Source: Planctomycetota bacterium (GTDB lineage: Bacteria > Planctomycetota > Planctomycetia > Pirellulales > UBA1268). Taken from it: 40,192 nucleotides of DNA. Below are positions 26,831-39,902 of the stretch, piece after piece; within the stretch, counting starts at the first letter, position 1; the number at the start of each line of letters is the position of its first letter. The position numbers and the translations under genes were made by a program. Location: contig VGYR01000002.1 of assembly GCA_016872925.1 (NCBI GenBank), forward strand, positions 1 to 40,192, read 5' to 3'. The notes under the pieces are model-generated. The model was not told the DNA's origin and did no database searches. It saw only the letters and a program-made list of their open reading frames with translations.

Positions 26831-27773
26831 GCGCCGCAGTCTCCCGAATCGGCCGCTACACTTCCACCACATGCCCGCGACACCCCGCGAGAGCCGTGCC
26901 GAACCCTGGTGGACCGACCACCGGTCACGAACGCTGGCAGCCGTCGGACTCCTGCTCGTGTCGAGCGGCCTGGTGCACCTGCCGGTCTGGGCGGTATTCG
27001 GCGGTGCGTGGGAGGGCCCGGTCACCTGGCGGAAGCCGATCCTGTTCGGGATCTCCGGGGGTCTGACGGCGATCTCCCTGGGCTGGGTCTGGTCGCTGCT
27101 GCCGCCGCGTCGGGGAGATGCGTGGCTGGCGGCGGCGACGGCCTGGGCGCTCTTCGTGGAGGTGTTCCTCATCGACCTGCAGCGCTGGCGGGGCGTGGGG
27201 AGCCACTTCAACCGCGCCACCCCGCTCGACTCGATGCTGTTCGATGCGATGGGGGCGTTGATCGTCGCGGTCACGCTGGTGATCGGAGACCTCACCGTGC
27301 GGCTGGTCGTGCGGCGCATCCCCGTGGCGAGTGACACCCTGCTGGCCGCCCGGTGCGGGATGCTGCTGCTGCTGGTCTCGTGCCTGCTTGGAATCTGGGT
27401 GGGCATGCACGGCGACGCCCGGCTCGGGCAGGGGCTCGACCCGACCCGCATCGGGGCCGCGGGCGTGCCCAAGTTCCCGCACGGGATCGTGATCCACGCC
27501 GTGCAATGGCTGCCGGCGATCGCCTGGGCGGCCCGGCGCGCCGGCCTGCCGGAACCGGTGCGCCGGAGCCTCGTGGCCCTGGCCGCCGCGGGCTCGACCC
27601 TGTTGCTGGTCTACGCGACCGCGCAGACGACACTCGGCCGCGGCCGCTTCCAGGTCGGTCTGGTCACCACAGCCGTGCTGGCGGTGGCGGTCGCCTGCCT
27701 GGCGATCCCGGCCGTCGTCACGGCGTGGGCCTGGCTGAACCGTCGCCGGTGTCCACCGCCCGTCGCAGGATGA
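26829..27773 (+). CDS. Polytopic integral membrane protein, family unknown
   Basis: At least 7 hydrophobic helices are visible (e.g. LAAVGLLLVSSGLVHLPVWAVFGG, ILFGISGGLTAISLGWVWSLL, MLLLLVSCLLGIWVG). The ATG at 26829 overlaps the divergent AKR start codon. An alternative ATG lies at 26871 (MPATPRE). Confidence 0.55.
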   Translation: MRRSLPNRPLHFHHMPATPRESRAEPWWTDHRSRTLAAVGLLLVSSGLVHLPVWAVFGGAWEGPVTWRKPILFGISGGLTAISLGWVWSLLPPRRGDAWLAAATAWALFVEVFLIDLQRWRGVGSHFNRATPLDSMLFDAMGALIVAVTLVIGDLTVRLVVRRIPVASDTLLAARCGMLLLLVSCLLGIWVGMHGDARLGQGLDPTRIGAAGVPKFPHGIVIHAVQWLPAIAWAARRAGLPEPVRRSLVALAAAGSTLLLVYATAQTTLGRGRFQVGLVTTAVLAVAVACLAIPAVVTAWAWLNRRRCPPPVAG

Positions 27774-28176
27774 AGCGGGCGACCACGTGCAGCACGAAGC
27801 CCACCGGCCCGAGCAGAAAGGTGAGCACCAGGCACACCGTCCGCACCGGCCAGGGAACGCCGAGCCTGACCGCGTCGCGGGCGATCCAGGCGCCCACCAC
27901 CATGTCGAACACGAGGTAGTGCGCCCAGGCCGCGGCGAACACCCAGTCGTCGGCGAACATCGCCTTGAGACCGCCGATCGTGAATGGATCGCCCGGCGGG
28001 GGGCCGTTCTCGACGAGCTTCCACCCGATCACGGCGGCGTAGCCGACGGCGAGCAGGGCGGGCACCACGATCGCGCACAGCAGGTGCGACACGGCCCGCC
28101 GGGCGGGGAACAGGATCAAGGCCACCCATGCGAGCAGGGCCACGCTGTTGGTGACGGAGAAGAAGGTCTCGGCCAT
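27718..28176 (-). CDS. ABA4-like / DUF4281 small membrane protein
   Basis: The 152-aa, four-helix protein (MAETFFSVTNSVALLAWVALILFPARR … WAHYLVFDMVVGAWIARDA) matches my recollection of the DUF4281 (plant ABA4-like) pattern. The gene starts 17 nt downstream of the transporter fusion on the same strand. Confidence 0.6.
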   Translation of the reverse strand: MAETFFSVTNSVALLAWVALILFPARRAVSHLLCAIVVPALLAVGYAAVIGWKLVENGPPPGDPFTIGGLKAMFADDWVFAAAWAHYLVFDMVVGAWIARDAVRLGVPWPVRTVCLVLTFLLGPVGFVLHVVARFILRRAVDTGDGSARPTP

Positions 28177-28193
28177 GGCAGCGGCCCCGGGCG

Positions 28194-31673
<3,480 letters not shown>

Positions 31674-31704
31674 CGCGGCAGGCTCCGTGGACCTCGGCCG
31701 GAAC

Positions 31705-34700
31705 CTACTTGCTCAGCACCTTGAGGAAGGTGATCACGTCGAGGAACTCGTTCGGCGAGAGCGTGGCCGCCAGGCCCTCGGGCATGCTGCTCTGCTTGAG
31801 GAGCGTCCGTTCGTCGATCTCCGTGACCGGGATCCGCTTCTGCTCCTTGCCGTCGAAGATCGTCACCTGCTCGGGCGTCTCGCTCACCAGCAGGCCCGTG
31901 ATGCTGCGGCCGTCGTGCGTCAGAACCGACGTCGAGAGATATTTCTCCGCGACCTCTGCGTTCGGGTCGACGATCGACTCCACCAGTTTCGCGGCGGACA
32001 GCCGCTTGGCGACGCCATCGAGGGCGGGGCCGAAGTCGGCGCCCGCGCCGTCGACCTTGTGGCAGGCGATGCACGCCCTCCCGAACACCGTCTTCCCGTT
32101 TCTCCAACTGCCGCCCGGCATGTCCGCGAGCGCCTGCATCGCCTTGTTCCGCGCCTCCTCGGGCTGCGGCTCCTGGCTGGTGAGGATCGAGAGAAACGGC
32201 CGAATCTGCTCGGCTTTCCTCTCCAGGCCCAGCACGCGGGCGACGATCGCCGCGGCGGGTGAGTCGGCGGCCACGAGGCCGCCGGCCTCGTTGACCTTCC
32301 GCCAGACGTCGATGGTGGCTCCCAGGGCCGCGTCGCAGGTGTAGTCGACGAACGGGTCGGTGGGCTCGACGTTCGCCGCGGCCACCACGGCCCGGATCGC
32401 ATCGAGGGTGGCGAGGAAACTCAGGCCGCGGACCGCCTCGCACCGCACCCGCGGGTGCGGGTCGACGGCCTGGGCGGCCAGCAGGGCCGCCGCGTCGTCG
32501 ATCCGGTCGCGCTCGTCGGCGAGCACCCGCGTGGCGGCGGCGCGGGCGTCCGGCGTGGCCGCCCGCAGCAGGCCGCTGAGGAGCCCGCGGTCGATCGCGT
32601 GGAAGCTCTGCTGGAGCCAGAGGACCTCCATCCTCAGGCGATCGGCGCCATCCGCCGACAGCGACGACGACTCGAGGCCGGCGAGCCACTCCGCCGCCGC
32701 GGCGAGCACCGCCGCCCGCGGCCGGGCCTGGAGATCGGCCCGGGCCCGGTAGCGGGTGCGCCACTCCGGCGCCGTGAGCTGCTCGAGCACGTGGCGGGTG
32801 GAGCGGCCGACCTGCGTGGCCGGCTCGAGCAGCGGCTTCTCCGCATAGACGAGCCGGTAGACCCTGCCTCTGACGTGATCCCGATTCGGGTCGCGTTGGC
32901 TGTACTGCATGTGGCCGATCAGCGGATTGGCCCAGTCGCCGAACCAGAGCGCGCCGTCGGGGCCGATCTGCGGATCGACCGGGCGGAAGTGCTTGTCGGT
33001 GCTCTTCAGGAGGTCGAACGGAGTCTTCGGATCGGCGGGATCGTGACGCACCCTCACTCCCTTGTACCCCGCGCCGTCGTCGGAGATCGTCCAGCGCGGA
33101 ATCCCGTTCATGTTGATCACGCAGGCGTAGATGAACTGGTCCTGCACGTCGTCGGGAAACTGCCGCGTCCGGAGGAACTCGCTGCCGATCACCGGCCGCA
33201 TGCCTTCGTTGTCGAACACCGGGTTCATGCCCTTCCGGCCCCCGTACTGCCTGCCCGACAGCGGCGTGTCCCAGTGCTGCGTCGCTCCGGTGCCGTCGCC
33301 GCAGATTCCCTGGCCCCACTCGTTGAAGACGTAGCACCACGGGTTGCCGTAGCCCGGCGTGACGAAGTGCCGGATGCGCCACGTCCGCGGGTCGAGGACG
33401 TAGGCGCCGGATGAGCCGTGGTTCCGAAACGGCCCCCACGGCGTCTCGAGCGTGGTGCTCATCGCGATGCCCTCGAGCATGTGCAGGAGTCCGCCGGGGC
33501 TCGCCTCGAAGGCACCGGCGGTGTGGTGGGTGTCCTCGGTGGCGAAGCCGTCGAGCACGTGCACGACGACGTCGGCCTTGTCGTCGCCGTCGGCATCCTT
33601 CAGCCACAGCATCCGCGGCTGGTCCATCACCAGCACGCCGCCGTCGAAGAACTGGAAGCCGGTCGGGCAGTGGAGCCGGTCGTAGAAGACCGTGCTCTTG
33701 TCGGCGGCCCCGTCGTGATCGACGTCCTCGAGAATCACGAGCTTGTCGGCGGGACGTGGATCGCCGGGCTTCCACTGGGGATAGCTGGGCATGGTCGCCA
33801 CCCAGAGCCGGCCCTTCGAGTCGAACGCCAACTGCACCGGCTTGGCGATCTCCGGAAACCGCGACTCGTCTGCGAAGGACTTCATGACGAAGCCCGGCGG
33901 CATCGTGCACGTCTTGATCAGCTCGGCCGGCGGCAGAATCACGGGGCCACCCTCGGCGTTCTCGCTGTACGACTGCCGCGGCTCGCCAAACCTCGTCGCC
34001 GGGACGATCAGCTCTCCGGTCCCGGAGTCGTCGGGCGTCGCCGGTACGCGCTTGCCCTCGGCGATGTCCCAGACCCGTTGGTCGCGAACGGCGGCCATGG
34101 CACGAATCTTGGTGTACTCACGGGGAAACGTTTCCGTATCCCAGGTCCGGCGGCCGCCGTAGACGTACCAGCCGTTGATCATCCGGTAGTCCTGAAGGTG
34201 CACCCAAGACTTGTCGTTGACCGCGGCGCGAAGCTGCTCGAAGGCACCGGCCGCCAGCTGGCTCGACGCCGGCCCGCCGAACAGCACCCGGTCGAGGACG
34301 CTGCCCACGACTGCGTCGCCGGTCTCGTTGGCATGACAGCCGTTGATCGTGTGCTGGAGGCCCGGCTGCGCCGCGAACTCCTTCCGCGTGGGGTCGAACA
34401 GGTCCACGAACGCGATGCCCCGTTTTTCCGCCACCGCCTTGGCGGCGTCGCGGTAGCGGGCGAGCACCGTATTCTGCTGGTCGGCGTCGGGCAGATATGG
34501 GCTGCCGCTCGACTCAACGGCGATCGGGGACACGATGACAAACCGCGGGGCGGCCCCCGTTTCGTCACGGGGATAGCGGCCCGCCAGGTCGTCGAGCAAC
34601 TTGTCATACGCGGCCGCGAAGGTGTCCTCGGCCCCCGGGCCCGCGAACGACTCGTTGAAGCCGAAGAACAGCAGGTAGGTGTCGGCTCCGCAGGCCGAGA

Positions 34701-35115
34701 GCGGATCGTCGAGCTTCGTGTAGTCGCCGGGTCGCTGCCGGATGCCAACCTCGTCGGCCGGCCAGGCGAAGTTCCGCACCACGAGCCGCTTGCCCGGGAA
34801 ACGCTGGTGCAGCAGGGTCTCGAAGTGGCCGAACAGGTTCATCCGTTCGGCGGTGGAGTTGCCCACAAGCGCGATCCGCTCGCCGTCGAGCAGTTCCAGC
34901 GGCAGGCGGCTCGGGGACAGCGGCGGACGGGCCGGCCGCGGCGGGGTCGCCAGGAGCTGCCGCGCCGTGGCGAACGGATCAGCTTCCGGCGGCTTGGCCG
35001 GGGCCTCGGCAAAAACCCGCCCGGCCGCCGCAGCCGCGACGAGGCCGGCGGCGAGGCAGGTCACGGCCCGTCGGCGCGCCGCGAACAACGAGTCAATCCT
35101 GGGCAGGCAGGGCAT
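31705..35115 (-). CDS. PVC-type heme-binding CxxCH multidomain protein: SGNH/GDSL-like domain, dehydrogenase-like beta-propeller, HEAT-like repeats and a C-terminal cytochrome c domain
   Basis: The signal peptide is MPCLPRIDSLFAARRRAVTCLAAGLVAAAAAGRVFA. The SGNH-like block I is IALVGNSTAERM. The middle part resembles the Pirellula/Verrucomicrobium 'membrane-bound dehydrogenase' domain (…FDSKGRLWVATMPSYPQWKPG…DGALWFGDWANP…). The C-terminus has CIACH (codons 32059..32073) followed by …SMPEGL…, which is typical of the PVC heme-binding domain. Confidence 0.85.
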   Translation of the reverse strand: MPCLPRIDSLFAARRRAVTCLAAGLVAAAAAGRVFAEAPAKPPEADPFATARQLLATPPRPARPPLSPSRLPLELLDGERIALVGNSTAERMNLFGHFETLLHQRFPGKRLVVRNFAWPADEVGIRQRPGDYTKLDDPLSACGADTYLLFFGFNESFAGPGAEDTFAAAYDKLLDDLAGRYPRDETGAAPRFVIVSPIAVESSGSPYLPDADQQNTVLARYRDAAKAVAEKRGIAFVDLFDPTRKEFAAQPGLQHTINGCHANETGDAVVGSVLDRVLFGGPASSQLAAGAFEQLRAAVNDKSWVHLQDYRMINGWYVYGGRRTWDTETFPREYTKIRAMAAVRDQRVWDIAEGKRVPATPDDSGTGELIVPATRFGEPRQSYSENAEGGPVILPPAELIKTCTMPPGFVMKSFADESRFPEIAKPVQLAFDSKGRLWVATMPSYPQWKPGDPRPADKLVILEDVDHDGAADKSTVFYDRLHCPTGFQFFDGGVLVMDQPRMLWLKDADGDDKADVVVHVLDGFATEDTHHTAGAFEASPGGLLHMLEGIAMSTTLETPWGPFRNHGSSGAYVLDPRTWRIRHFVTPGYGNPWCYVFNEWGQGICGDGTGATQHWDTPLSGRQYGGRKGMNPVFDNEGMRPVIGSEFLRTRQFPDDVQDQFIYACVINMNGIPRWTISDDGAGYKGVRVRHDPADPKTPFDLLKSTDKHFRPVDPQIGPDGALWFGDWANPLIGHMQYSQRDPNRDHVRGRVYRLVYAEKPLLEPATQVGRSTRHVLEQLTAPEWRTRYRARADLQARPRAAVLAAAAEWLAGLESSSLSADGADRLRMEVLWLQQSFHAIDRGLLSGLLRAATPDARAAATRVLADERDRIDDAAALLAAQAVDPHPRVRCEAVRGLSFLATLDAIRAVVAAANVEPTDPFVDYTCDAALGATIDVWRKVNEAGGLVAADSPAAAIVARVLGLERKAEQIRPFLSILTSQEPQPEEARNKAMQALADMPGGSWRNGKTVFGRACIACHKVDGAGADFGPALDGVAKRLSAAKLVESIVDPNAEVAEKYLSTSVLTHDGRSITGLLVSETPEQVTIFDGKEQKRIPVTEIDERTLLKQSSMPEGLAATLSPNEFLDVITFLKVLSK

Positions 35116-35247
35116 GCGTGGCTCCGGAGAAGGCGACGGCCGCGTCAGTACAGCACACGAGAAGAAGCCGGCCATGGCCATGGGGAAATTGTAGTCTATC
35201 ACAGTCCGCAGAGGGCTTCATCTGTCACGACGAGCCCGGCCGCATCC

Positions 35248-36741
35248 TCAGGCGAGCAGGTCGGTCACCACGCGGGCGTGCTCCACGCCGGTGAGACGCT
35301 GGTCGAGCCCCAAGTGACGGTAGGTGAATCGCTCGTGATCGAACCCGAGCAGGTGGAGCACCGTGGCGTGGAAGTCGCGGATGTGCACGGGATCCTTGAC
35401 GATGTTGTAGGAGAAGTCATCGGTCTCGCCGTGGATCATGCCCCCCTTTGCGCCCCCGCCGGCCATCCACATCGTGAAGCACCGCGGGTGGTGGTCGCGG
35501 CCGTAGTTCTGCTTCGACACGCCCCCCTGCGTGTAGACGGTGCGGCCAAACTCGCCCCCCCAGATCACGAGCGTCTCATCGAGCAGCCCCCGCGCCTTGA
35601 GGTCTTGAATCAGTCCGTAGCAGGGCTGGTCGATGTCCTTGCAGCCGCTCGTCAGCCGGCCCACGACGTTGGAATGCGTATCCCAGTGGTTGAGATAGAT
35701 CTGCACGAACCGTACTCCCCGCTCCACCATCCGCCGCGCCATCAGCACGGAGTTGGCGAAGGTGCCGGGGTTGGTCGCGTCCGGCCCGTAGAGGGAGAGC
35801 GTGGCCGCCGACTCGGAGGCGAGATTGGTGAGTTCCGGGACGCTGGCCTGCATCCGGTAGGCCATCTCGTACTGGGCGATCCGGGTGCGAATCTCCGGGT
35901 CGCCGATCTTCTCCAGCGTCCGCTGGTTGAGGGCCTGCAGGCCGTCGAGCGTGGCCCGGCGGACCTGATTCGGCACGCCGGGCGGGTTGTTGATGTACAG
36001 GATCGGGTCGCCGGCGCTGCGAAAACTGACCCCCGAGTATTCCCCCGGCAGAAATCCGCTCGACCAGAGCCGGGCCCCGATCGCCTGCGCCTGCTCGGGC
36101 TTGCTCGACCGTGCCACGAGCACCACGAAGGTCGGCAGGTCGGCGTTGAGGCTGCCGAGGCCGTAGCTTGTCCACGAGCCGAGGCAGGGCCGCCCCACGA
36201 TCTGGTTGCCGGTCTGCATGTAGCAGATCGCCGGCTCGTGATTGATCGCCTCCGTGTGCATGCTCCGGATGAAGCACATCTCGTCGACCATCTTGGCCGT
36301 CCAGGGGAGCACCTCGCTCACCCACATGCCGCACCGGCCGTGCCGCGCGAACTTGAAGATCGACGGCTGGATCGGAAACCGCTTCTGGCCGCTGGTCATC
36401 GTGGTCAGCCGCTGCCCGTTGCGGATGCTCTCCGGCAGGTCCTTGTCGTACCAGTCGTCCATCACCGGCTTGAAGTCGTAGAGATCCTGCTGCGGGGGGC
36501 CGCCCACCATGTGGAGGTAGATGACGTGCTTCGCCCGCGGGGCGAAGTGCGGGCCGGCCGCGGACGGCACCCGCTCCACGCCGACCGGCACGGACGGACT
36601 CGCCAGGCTCCGCTCGTGCGCCGCAAGCGCCGCCAGGGCGGCACCGCCGAGCAGGTGGCTGCCCTGCTCGAAAAAGCGGCGGCGGGTCAGGTTCAGCCCG
36701 AGCTCGTCGAGCGGAGAACGGATGGGGGGATTCACTTGCAC
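35248..36741 (-). CDS. DUF1501 domain protein (sulfatase / alkaline-phosphatase-superfamily-like) with a Tat-type signal
   Basis: The N-terminal twin-arginine motif is LTRRRFFEQGSHLLGGAALAALA. The core (…HWDTH…, …WGGEFGRT…GRDHHP…F…WMAGGG.KGG) is typical of DUF1501. The gene overlaps the upstream gene's end by 10 nt. Confidence 0.88.
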   Translation of the reverse strand: MQVNPPIRSPLDELGLNLTRRRFFEQGSHLLGGAALAALAAHERSLASPSVPVGVERVPSAAGPHFAPRAKHVIYLHMVGGPPQQDLYDFKPVMDDWYDKDLPESIRNGQRLTTMTSGQKRFPIQPSIFKFARHGRCGMWVSEVLPWTAKMVDEMCFIRSMHTEAINHEPAICYMQTGNQIVGRPCLGSWTSYGLGSLNADLPTFVVLVARSSKPEQAQAIGARLWSSGFLPGEYSGVSFRSAGDPILYINNPPGVPNQVRRATLDGLQALNQRTLEKIGDPEIRTRIAQYEMAYRMQASVPELTNLASESAATLSLYGPDATNPGTFANSVLMARRMVERGVRFVQIYLNHWDTHSNVVGRLTSGCKDIDQPCYGLIQDLKARGLLDETLVIWGGEFGRTVYTQGGVSKQNYGRDHHPRCFTMWMAGGGAKGGMIHGETDDFSYNIVKDPVHIRDFHATVLHLLGFDHERFTYRHLGLDQRLTGVEHARVVTDLLA

Positions 36742-39700
36742 AAGGCCTCGTCGAGATTCAGCAGTTCGTTGGCAAACATCGTCAACCCAGCGAGGAGCCC
36801 GGTGTCGGTGGATCGCGGCTTGGATTCCCCGACCGTCACCACGCCGTGCGCGTCGTCAGGATGGCTCTTGTAGTGATCGAGGAGCGCCGCCAGGGACGTC
36901 GTGGCGATCGCCATCTCGTCGGCATCCAGCGGCCGCGCGAGGACGCGCCGGGCCATGAAGTCGATCCGCGACTCGTCGCTCGCGCCGCCGAGTTCGAGCG
37001 CGCGGTCCGCCAGCGCCCGAGCGGCCTCCACGAACTGGGGGTCGTTGAGCGTCACCAGGGCCTGCAGCGGGGTGTTGGTCCGCTCCCGCTTGATGCAGCA
37101 ACTCTCCCGCGACGGGGCGTTGAAGATGTCCATCGAGGCCGGCGGCGCCGACCGCTTCCAGAACCAGTACATGCTGCGGCGGTAGAGCCCCTCCCCGGAA
37201 TCCCGCTTGTAGTTCCGCGTGTCGCTCCCATCCATCGCCACCGCCTCCCAGACGCCGTCAGGCTGATAGGGTCGGACGCTCGGACCCCCGATCCGCTTCA
37301 CGAGCAGGCCGCTCGAAGCCAGGGCCATGTCGCGGACCATCTCAGCATCCATTCGGTATCGCGGCCCCCGGGAGAGCAGCCGGTTGGCGGCGTCCTTGGA
37401 AAGCTTCTCGGGCGTGGCCACGGCAGCCTGCCGGTAGGTGGCACTGGTCACCAGGAGACGGAAGAGCCGCTTCACGTCCCAGCCCGACTCGCGGAACTCG
37501 ACCGCCAGCCAGTCGAGCAGGTCGGGGTGGCTGGGCAGTTCGCCGGTGGTGCCAAAGTCGCCGCTGGTCTTCACGAGCCCCGTGCCGAAGACCTCCTGCC
37601 AGAAGCGATTGACCGTCACGCGCGACGTCAGCGGATGCTCCTGAAGGAGCAGCCACTTGGCCAATCCGAGACGATTCTTCGGGAGCGACTCGGGAAACGG
37701 CGGCAGGATGTCCGGGGTGTCGGCAGCGACCTCGTCCTTCCGCCTGTCATATTCGCCGCGCTCCAGGACGAACGCCTCGGGCATCTCGGGCTTCTCGTTC
37801 ATCACGTGGGCGACGGTGCCCCGCTTCCGGATCTCGGCCTGCTCAGCCTCGATCCCGGCCACGGCCGAGACGGCCTGCTGGTACGGCGTGTCGGTGGCGA
37901 GCCACGAGCCGAAGAGATCGTCGCCCGACTTGATCCGCTCCTCGGGAGTCAGTTTCACCAATTCGGCCAGCGACCCTCCCTTGGCAAGCCTCTCGACCTC
38001 GCCGGCCGTGAACTCCCGGCCCCAGATCGTGACCGCCGCGAGGCCGACCCCGCGGGCGTCGTCCTGCTTGGAACGGCCGCCGATGGTCAGCGGCACCGCG
38101 GTGCGGATCGTGCTCTTCTTGAACGTCGCTTGCTCGGTCTTGGTCTGCTGCGGCTTGCCGTCGAAGAAGATCTTTACGCCCTCCGCGGTGCCTGAGCCGT
38201 CGTAAGTGACCGTGACGAGCTTCCAGGTGTCGGCCGTGAGTTGCGGCTCCGTCCTGACCTTGATCGCGTCGTCCGGCCACGCATGAACGAGGTGCATCGC
38301 GATTCGCCGTCCCTGCACCCAGACGTCCCAGCCGCGGGCCGCAGCATCCTGATCCAAGCGGGCGATCAGGGCATAGGAGGTGTCGATGGCCGGGACACGG
38401 ACCCACATCGACACCGTGAACGGCTGGTCGTACTCGAAGTCGCCGGCTCCCGGCAGCTCGGCTGCCCGACCGTCGAGCAGCAGGGCGGGGCGGCCCGTCG
38501 GCCACGCCTGCCACCGCGTCGTCGGCGTCAGCGCGACATCGGTCTGCTCCCCGAGCAGGCCGACCCGGACCTGCGAGCCGGCTCCTTCAACGAGCGGGAC
38601 GTCGACCAGTGGCGTCTCACGGGGCACGATCGCTGCCACCGTTTCGGGCGTGGCCGCCGCGAGCCAGGCATCGTACTCCTGGCGGGCCGTTTTCCTCCGT
38701 GCGTCGACGGCTTCCCGGGCGGCCGGCAGCCGCTCCTCGAGTTCCGCGAACCGCGGCTGCTCCTCGGGCCTCGGCACTGGGAGGATCGGGGGGGTGTCCC
38801 GCACGTTGCCGTCCATGGCCTTCTGCGTCGTGTTGTTGAAGAAGGCGGACAGTTCGTAGAACTCCCGCTGGCTGAGCGGGTCGAACTTGTGGTTGTGACA
38901 GACGGCACACCCGGTCGTGAGCCCCATCCACACCGTCGCGGTGGTCTCCGTCCGATCGCGGGTGTAGAGCACCAGATACTCCTCGTCGATCGCGCCACCC
39001 TCGTTGGTGGTGATGTTGCAGCGGTTGAACCCGCTGGCGATCCGGTCGTCGAGGATCTGTGCGGGCGTGACGTCCGCGCCATGATCGGCGACGAGATCAC
39101 CGGCGAGCTGGAGGATCGTGAACCGGTCGAACGGCAGGTTGCGGTTGAAGGCGTTCACCACCCACTGCCGGTAGGTCCACATCTCGCGGGAGTTGTCGAA
39201 GTGGATGCCGTGCGTGTCGGCGTACCGCGAGTAGTCGAGCCAGTGACGGCCACGGTGCTCCCCCCAGTCGAGGCTCGCCAGGAGCGTGTCGACCAGTCGC
39301 TCGTAGGCATCGGCGGCAGGATCGGCCACGAACGCGTCGACGACCGCTGGCTCCGGGGGAAGGCCCGTCAGGTCGAGCGCCACTCGTCGGGCGAGCGCCC
39401 GCCGATCGGCCTCCGGGGCCGGAGCCAGGCCGACGGCCTCGAGCCTGGCGAGCACGAACCGGTCGATCGGGTTGCGGATCCACTCCACCTGCTTGACCGC
39501 CGGCAGTTCTGGCCGGGCGGGCGGGATGAACGACCAGTGGGGCTGATACTCTGCCCCCTCGGCGATCCAGCGCTTGAGCCTGTCCTTCTGTTCTGCGGAG
39601 AGCGGTTTCTTGGCCGCCGGCGGCGGCATCACCTCCTCGGGGTCGTCCGAGAAGACGCGGTCGAGCAGCACGCTGGAATCAGGGTCGCCGGGCACCACCG

Positions 39701-39902
39701 CGGCCGATTCGACCGCTTCGTCACGGAGATCGAGCCGGAGGTCCGCCTTGCGACTGGCGGAGTCGGCCCCGTGGCACGAGAAACAGTGCTCGACCAGGAT
39801 CGGCCGGATGTCGTCGTTGAACCGAAGTTCACCCGCGACGCCTGCGGTTGAACAGGCCAGGAGGGGAACGATCAGGGCCGGAAGGCAGGAAAAGCGACGC
39901 AT
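36732..39902 (-). CDS. PSCyt1 / PSCyt2 (DUF1549) / LamG-like / PSD1 (DUF1553) planctomycete cytochrome-C-domain protein
   Basis: After the signal peptide comes the PSCyt1 motif [14 protein letters not shown] (CxxCH codons ~39771..39788). The DUF1549 core is NPIDRFV…, [12 protein letters not shown] central concanavalin/LamG-like segment (FTVSMWVRV…[10 protein letters not shown]…IFFDG) spans ~37990..38500. The DUF1553 C-terminus carries …[10 protein letters not shown]…P…F. It is paired with the downstream DUF1501 gene. Confidence 0.88.
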   Translation of the reverse strand: MRRFSCLPALIVPLLACSTAGVAGELRFNDDIRPILVEHCFSCHGADSASRKADLRLDLRDEAVESAAVVPGDPDSSVLLDRVFSDDPEEVMPPPAAKKPLSAEQKDRLKRWIAEGAEYQPHWSFIPPARPELPAVKQVEWIRNPIDRFVLARLEAVGLAPAPEADRRALARRVALDLTGLPPEPAVVDAFVADPAADAYERLVDTLLASLDWGEHRGRHWLDYSRYADTHGIHFDNSREMWTYRQWVVNAFNRNLPFDRFTILQLAGDLVADHGADVTPAQILDDRIASGFNRCNITTNEGGAIDEEYLVLYTRDRTETTATVWMGLTTGCAVCHNHKFDPLSQREFYELSAFFNNTTQKAMDGNVRDTPPILPVPRPEEQPRFAELEERLPAAREAVDARRKTARQEYDAWLAAATPETVAAIVPRETPLVDVPLVEGAGSQVRVGLLGEQTDVALTPTTRWQAWPTGRPALLLDGRAAELPGAGDFEYDQPFTVSMWVRVPAIDTSYALIARLDQDAAARGWDVWVQGRRIAMHLVHAWPDDAIKVRTEPQLTADTWKLVTVTYDGSGTAEGVKIFFDGKPQQTKTEQATFKKSTIRTAVPLTIGGRSKQDDARGVGLAAVTIWGREFTAGEVERLAKGGSLAELVKLTPEERIKSGDDLFGSWLATDTPYQQAVSAVAGIEAEQAEIRKRGTVAHVMNEKPEMPEAFVLERGEYDRRKDEVAADTPDILPPFPESLPKNRLGLAKWLLLQEHPLTSRVTVNRFWQEVFGTGLVKTSGDFGTTGELPSHPDLLDWLAVEFRESGWDVKRLFRLLVTSATYRQAAVATPEKLSKDAANRLLSRGPRYRMDAEMVRDMALASSGLLVKRIGGPSVRPYQPDGVWEAVAMDGSDTRNYKRDSGEGLYRRSMYWFWKRSAPPASMDIFNAPSRESCCIKRERTNTPLQALVTLNDPQFVEAARALADRALELGGASDESRIDFMARRVLARPLDADEMAIATTSLAALLDHYKSHPDDAHGVVTVGESKPRSTDTGLLAGLTMFANELLNLDEALCK

